In this document: piece by piece, positions 59,750-64,000 of the stretch
Numbering within the stretch: the stretch's first letter is position 1
How the letters are laid out: each line of letters opens with the position of its first letter
Assembly: GCA_965227775.1 (NCBI GenBank)
Contig: OZ245777.1
Span: forward strand, 3,168,001 to 3,232,000
Reading direction: 5' to 3'
Length of the DNA: 64,000 nt
Origin: Phycisphaerales bacterium
GTDB lineage: Bacteria > Planctomycetota > Phycisphaerae > Phycisphaerales > UBA1924
Notes under the pieces: generated by a model
Seen by the model: only the letters and a program-made list of their open reading frames with translations
Databases searched by the model: none
What the model was told of the DNA's origin: nothing
Position numbers and translations under genes: made by a program

Positions 59750-60353
59750 CTTCCAGCCGCACGGCCCATTGCCGCGCGTCCTCCGCTATGGGCCGCAGTC
59801 CCTTGCGGCGCAGCAGTTCCACCGTCCATGTCGGAGCGGCCGGCCTTAACCGATCCGCTGGCCCGGGCGACACCAGCCACCGCGTGGCCGCCGCCGAGAG
59901 TTCTCCGCGTTCGTGATGTGGCCTCGCCAGCAGCCCGATCGTGCCGCCCGCCTCGGCGGCAAGTTGCAGCCGGCGAGAGCCCGCCATCGTCAGCCCCGCT
60001 CCATCGGCGATCACGACCAGGGCCGCCGGCGAGCGCAGTGCCACATCGATGGCCCAGAGCCGCTCGTCACGCGTCGGCGGGTCGACGAATACCGACCGCT
60101 CGAGCAGGCGCTGATCGCCGCCCGGCCCCACCAGCGAGGGCGGATAGGGCCAGCACCGCCGGCCGATCCACAGCACCCGGCCACCAGGGGGGCGATCCGC
60201 GATGTCATCCAGAGCCACGCCGGCAAGCACGCCCAGGGGTGGAAAGCGCCTCTCGGCCGGTGCGTCTGGGCCCGCGGGCGGCGTAAACCAGTCATGGATA
60301 CCGGTGGGCTTCAGCAAGCCGCCAAGGCTGAATCCCGGCACCCGTGATCGCAT
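59655..60353 (-). CDS. imuA: ImuA-like (RecA-fold) accessory protein
   Basis: GIHDW, PYPPSL, LWAIDVALRS, SRRLQLAAEAG and SAAATRW. First gene of the imuAB-dnaE2 cassette. Confidence 0.8.
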   Translation of the reverse strand: MRSRVPGFSLGGLLKPTGIHDWFTPPAGPDAPAERRFPPLGVLAGVALDDIADRPPGGRVLWIGRRCWPYPPSLVGPGGDQRLLERSVFVDPPTRDERLWAIDVALRSPAALVVIADGAGLTMAGSRRLQLAAEAGGTIGLLARPHHERGELSAAATRWLVSPGPADRLRPAAPTWTVELLRRKGLRPIAEDARQWAVRLEDGARLVSMDADVPHRPAAATGPGRWSAQRSG

Positions 60354-60650
60354 CTGCACGGAGCAGAGTAGATACCTAACATATTCCAGTCAAATGGGTG
60401 TCGTCAGCCCTGGCCAGCGAGCGTCTGAAACGGCCAGACACAAGGCATCCAATTCTGGTTCGATCCCGCGATCGCCCCAGATCGTGGACACTACTCTCCG
60501 TTATGGGACATCTGGATCGGGAACGCCCCGACCAGCGCCAGACGGCACAACCCGCACACGTCGCACAATTGTGGTTCCCATCAACAAAACGAGACTCGTC
60601 ACTACAGGCGCAACCGGACCTCACCGACCACCGAATGAGGTGGAGGTGGT

Positions 60651-63600
60651 ATGGGCAAGCGGCAAAAGGGAAGAACGAACAAGGGTTCGGATAAGCCGAA
60701 GCGCTTCAAGGCGGAATCGCTCGAGGAGCGGATCCTGCTTTCGGGCACGTGGGTCGACGCCGACGCAGCCGACGCTCTTGACGGCTCGGCGGGAGGCGAT
60801 CCTATCGGGCCTGCGGACCCATCCGACCTTCTGGGAGGCTCTGACTCCGGTGGCGACCTCTTCGGAGGTGGCGGTGATCCGATCGATGACGTCCCTGCGG
60901 CCATCGAGATCGAGGGTGCCAGTGTCGAGGAGAACGCGCCGGCAGGCACCGTTGTCGGTACCGCAACTGTCGCCGATGCCGATCCGGGTGACTCCTTCTC
61001 CTTCTCGCTTGCGAACGACGCCGACGGTCGATTCGAGATCGACGCAGACTCCGGACACGTGACGGTCGCCGACGGTGCGAGCCTTGATCACGAGGCGGTT
61101 GCCGAGCACACGATCACCGTGGTCGCTACGGATGCGGAGGGTGTCGCGGTCGAACAAGACATCACCGTGACCGTGAGCGACCTGAATGAGGCGCCGCTCG
61201 ATCTCGTTGTCACAGGGACTGGTGGCGCGTCGGTCGGTCCTGCAGAACCACAGTCGTTTGGGTTCGAGAGCTCGCCGGTGGGATCGAGTCCCGAGCAGAT
61301 CCAGTTCGGCGGCGGCCTGACCGCAACTGTGTCCCAAGACAACGTCAAGGTCAGCGAGATCATCGAACACGAGGATGGCTACGGGGCGGTCGCCGGCGAG
61401 GGCGATCGCTTCTGGAAGCTACTGGGCGGCGAAACCACACTGACGTTCAGCGAGCCGGTCTCGGAGATCAGCTTCACCTACAGCGACTACGACGGTTGGA
61501 ACACGATCTCGGCAACCGCCGGAAGCCAACGCCTGGAGATCGACACGATCAACTCGGGCGTCAACAACAGCGTCACGATGCGCGCACCCGATGGCGAGGT
61601 CTTCGAGACCCTGTCGTTCACCTGGGAGTCTGGTGCGTCCGATGGGCTGGGCATCGACAGCATGGTGGTCACTCCGGCCGCGGCTCCGGTCTCGATGGTG
61701 CCCGAGAATGCCGGCCCCGGGGACGTCGTCGCGACCGCGAGTGCGACAGATCCTGATGCCGGCGACACCCTGACATACTCGCTGACGCACGATGCGGATG
61801 GTCGCTTCGAGATCGATGCGGACACCGGCAGCATCACGGTTGCCGACGGGGCTGAGTTCGATCAGGCTACAACCGCGATGCACACCGTCACGGTTGTGGC
61901 AACCGACGGATCGGGCGTTGCCGTCGAGCAGGAGATCACGATTGGCGTGGGCGACGCGTCATACGCGCCGGACCTAAGCGTGTCCGATGCAGCGGGCGAA
62001 GAAGACCAACCGATTCCGCTGGACATCAACGCCAGCGTGCCCGACGGCGGTGAGATCGCGTCGGTCACCATCTCTGGTGTGCCGGAGGGCTCGACGTTGT
62101 CGGCCGGCACAAACAACGGCGATGGTTCCTGGACAGTTGATGGAGACGACGTCGACGGCTTGTCGCTCACCCCGCCGAGGGACTTCTCCGGGCAGTTTGA
62201 CCTTGAGGTGAGCGTGCAGGGTCGGGAGGCGGGCTCGGTTACCGAGGTGGACTTCTCGAGCGCCACGATCACGGACTACGGCGTGCACCAGGACAAGGCC
62301 CCGCAGGCTTCGATCGAGGATGGCGGCGCGACGCTTCATCTGGGTGGGAACACGTGGAAGGACATCGGGTTCCCATACACGATCACCGAGGACACGATCC
62401 TCGAGTTCCAGTTCAGGGCCGACGGCGAACCCGAGATCGCCGGCATCGGTTTCGATACCGATGAGGGCCAGACTGAGAGCCGGACCTTCAAGCTGCATGG
62501 CACGCAGGGATGGGGTGTCGACCCGGGCGACGAGTACGCCGGCGATGGCCAGTGGCAGACATTCCAGATCCGGGTGGGCGACTACTTCACCGGCGACATG
62601 GACAAGCTGACGTTCATCCACGATCACGACGCCAGCTCGGACAGCGGGGAGAGCTTCTTCAAGAACATCAGGGTCTATGAAGAAGGTAGTGTTGGCACAT
62701 CAGATGAGGCTACTGCGAGCCTCTCGGTTACGGTGGCCAACGCGATTGATGCGACGGGCCTGGAAGACGAACCGATCGTGCTGGACATCGACACGGCTAC
62801 ACCAGAGGGGGGCGCCGTCGAGTCGGTCACCATCAATGGATTGCCCGAAGGCGCCACACTTTCGGCCGGCATCGACAACGGAGACGGCTCGTGGACAGTC
62901 GATCCCGATCAGCTGGATGACTTGTCCATCAACCCACCGCCGAACTACTCCGGCCAGTTCGACATCGAAGTCAGCGTGCAAGCCCGAGATCCCGGTTCGG
63001 CTGTCGAAGTTGACTTCAGCTCGACAGAAGTCACGGACTACGGCGTGCACCAGGACAAGGCCCCGCAGGCTTCGATCGAGGATGGCGGCGCGACGCTTCA
63101 TCTGGGTGGGAACACGTGGAAGGACATCGAGTTCCCATACACGATCACCGAGGACACGATCCTCGAGTTCCAGTTCAGGGCCGACGGCGAACCCGAGATC
63201 GCCGGCATCGGTTTCGATACCGATGAGGGCCAGACTGAGAGCCGGACCTTCAAGCTGCATGGCACGCAGGGTTGGGGTGTCGACCCGGGCGACGAGTACG
63301 CTGGCGATGGCCAGTGGCAGACGTTCCAGATCCGGGTGGGCGACTACTTCACCGGCGACATGGACAAGCTGACGTTCATCCACGATCACGACGCCAGCTC
63401 GGACAGCGGGGAGAGCTTCTTCAAGAACATCAGGGTCTATGAAGACGGGGACACCGAGAGGATTGTCGAGACGACATCGACCCTCACAATTGCAGTTGAG
63501 GCGGTTGCGGACTCGCCGGAGTTGAGCGTGCCAGATGCGATCGGGGTCGCGGATCAGCCGATTCCGATGACCATTGGCATCGAGTTGCTGGATGCTTCGG

Positions 63601-64000
63601 AGTCTGTGCACTCGGTGACGATCTCGGGCATGCCCGAAGGTTCAGGCCTGTCCGCAGGTGTCGACAACAGTGACGGCTCATGGTCGCTGGCTGCAGAGGA
63701 GCTCAACGGCCTCACGCTCACCCCACCGCCTGGATTCTCCGGTGATTTCGATCTTGAGGTCAGCGCCACCAGCACCGACGGCGGAGCGATCTCCGAGGCA
63801 GCGACCTCGACGATGCGCGTCTCGGTTGAGGCCACGCCGGAGTTGTCGCCCGATCCCGTAACCGAACCGCTGCCACAGCCGCAGCCCGAGGCACAAGAAC
63901 GGCCCGATGAGGCGGGTTCCGAGAACAACGGCAGTCCGGTCCAGCCGCAGGGCGTCGCCCAAGACGAGCCCAAGGTCACGCCCGAACCAGCAGACCAGCG
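60651..64000 (+). CDS. Giant LEPR-XLL secreted adhesin with cadherin and Ig-like repeats (runs off the 3' end, absent from the ORF track)
   Basis: GGAGG RBS then ATG 60651, MGKRQKG...ESLEERILLSGTW. Cadherin units VEENAPAGTVVG...DADPGD...FEID...LDHE...DLNEAP. Ig-like units GEEDQPIPLDI...VTISGVPEGSTLSAG...GSWTV...LTPP. Confidence 0.9.
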   Translation, partial: MGKRQKGRTNKGSDKPKRFKAESLEERILLSGTWVDADAADALDGSAGGDPIGPADPSDLLGGSDSGGDLFGGGGDPIDDVPAAIEIEGASVEENAPAGTVVGTATVADADPGDSFSFSLANDADGRFEIDADSGHVTVADGASLDHEAVAEHTITVVATDAEGVAVEQDITVTVSDLNEAPLDLVVTGTGGASVGPAEPQSFGFESSPVGSSPEQIQFGGGLTATVSQDNVKVSEIIEHEDGYGAVAGEGDRFWKLLGGETTLTFSEPVSEISFTYSDYDGWNTISATAGSQRLEIDTINSGVNNSVTMRAPDGEVFETLSFTWESGASDGLGIDSMVVTPAAAPVSMVPENAGPGDVVATASATDPDAGDTLTYSLTHDADGRFEIDADTGSITVADGAEFDQATTAMHTVTVVATDGSGVAVEQEITIGVGDASYAPDLSVSDAAGEEDQPIPLDINASVPDGGEIASVTISGVPEGSTLSAGTNNGDGSWTVDGDDVDGLSLTPPRDFSGQFDLEVSVQGREAGSVTEVDFSSATITDYGVHQDKAPQASIEDGGATLHLGGNTWKDIGFPYTITEDTILEFQFRADGEPEIAGIGFDTDEGQTESRTFKLHGTQGWGVDPGDEYAGDGQWQTFQIRVGDYFTGDMDKLTFIHDHDASSDSGESFFKNIRVYEEGSVGTSDEATASLSVTVANAIDATGLEDEPIVLDIDTATPEGGAVESVTINGLPEGATLSAGIDNGDGSWTVDPDQLDDLSINPPPNYSGQFDIEVSVQARDPGSAVEVDFSSTEVTDYGVHQDKAPQASIEDGGATLHLGGNTWKDIEFPYTITEDTILEFQFRADGEPEIAGIGFDTDEGQTESRTFKLHGTQGWGVDPGDEYAGDGQWQTFQIRVGDYFTGDMDKLTFIHDHDASSDSGESFFKNIRVYEDGDTERIVETTSTLTIAVEAVADSPELSVPDAIGVADQPIPMTIGIELLDASESVHSVTISGMPEGSGLSAGVDNSDGSWSLAAEELNGLTLTPPPGFSGDFDLEVSATSTDGGAISEAATSTMRVSVEATPELSPDPVTEPLPQPQPEAQERPDEAGSENNGSPVQPQGVAQDEPKVTPEPADQ
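62269..63445 (+). repeat. Two 415-bp direct repeats (62269-62683 and 63031-63445)
   Basis: Manual comparison found 4 differences over 415 bp. The offset is 762 bp, which is in frame. Confidence 0.92.

Noticed and set aside
54945..59849. Large plus-strand ORFs opposite dnaE2/imuB
   Set aside because: Typical high-GC antisense open frames with no protein motifs.
60360..60650. c-di-GMP riboswitch or sigma-54 promoter upstream of the adhesin
   Set aside because: I could not match GEMM consensus elements or a convincing -24/-12 consensus by eye. An Rfam scan would settle the riboswitch question.
62269..63445. 415-bp repeat pair as a DGR template/variable repeat
   Set aside because: Only 4 differences, not adenine-specific and mostly synonymous. 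Both copies are in frame in one CDS, and no reverse transcriptase is present.

Overview
GC-rich chromosomal segment, very likely from a Phycisphaerales planctomycete. This is inferred from GC-type dockerin C-termini, IPAPA-type PEP-CTERM proteins, a LEPR-XLL giant protein and bacterial topoisomerase VI. Housekeeping genes: top6B/top6A split by an inserted gene, rpsP-trmD-rplS, a WcaJ-like sugar transferase, a DnaJ-class chaperone, mdh, an MFS transporter, ftsK with large acidic tracts, comM, accB/accC, an isolated nuoH, uppS, purA, hemW and an RluA-family enzyme. Accessory parts: (1) an AT-richer patch at about 21.6-24.4 kb with a HEPN-like gene and two orphan membrane proteins, bordered by a degenerate 21-bp tandem array and a heptamer-built hairpin; (2) two convergent sulfotransferases; (3) a translationally coupled GGDEF / helical-repeat / HD-GYP operon; (4) an imuA-imuB-dnaE2-SRAP mutagenesis cassette; (5) the start of a giant cadherin/Ig adhesin that the ORF track misses, containing a 415-bp near-identical internal duplication. 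Smaller oddities: a perfect 31-bp AT-rich palindrome, a dockerin remnant with TGA at its conserved Cys, a one-base frameshift in a YHS gene, a CpcT-like/FKBP fusion and two probable pseudoenzymes. I found no rRNA, tRNA, CRISPR array, integrase or transposase. All family calls come from motif recognition, not database searches.
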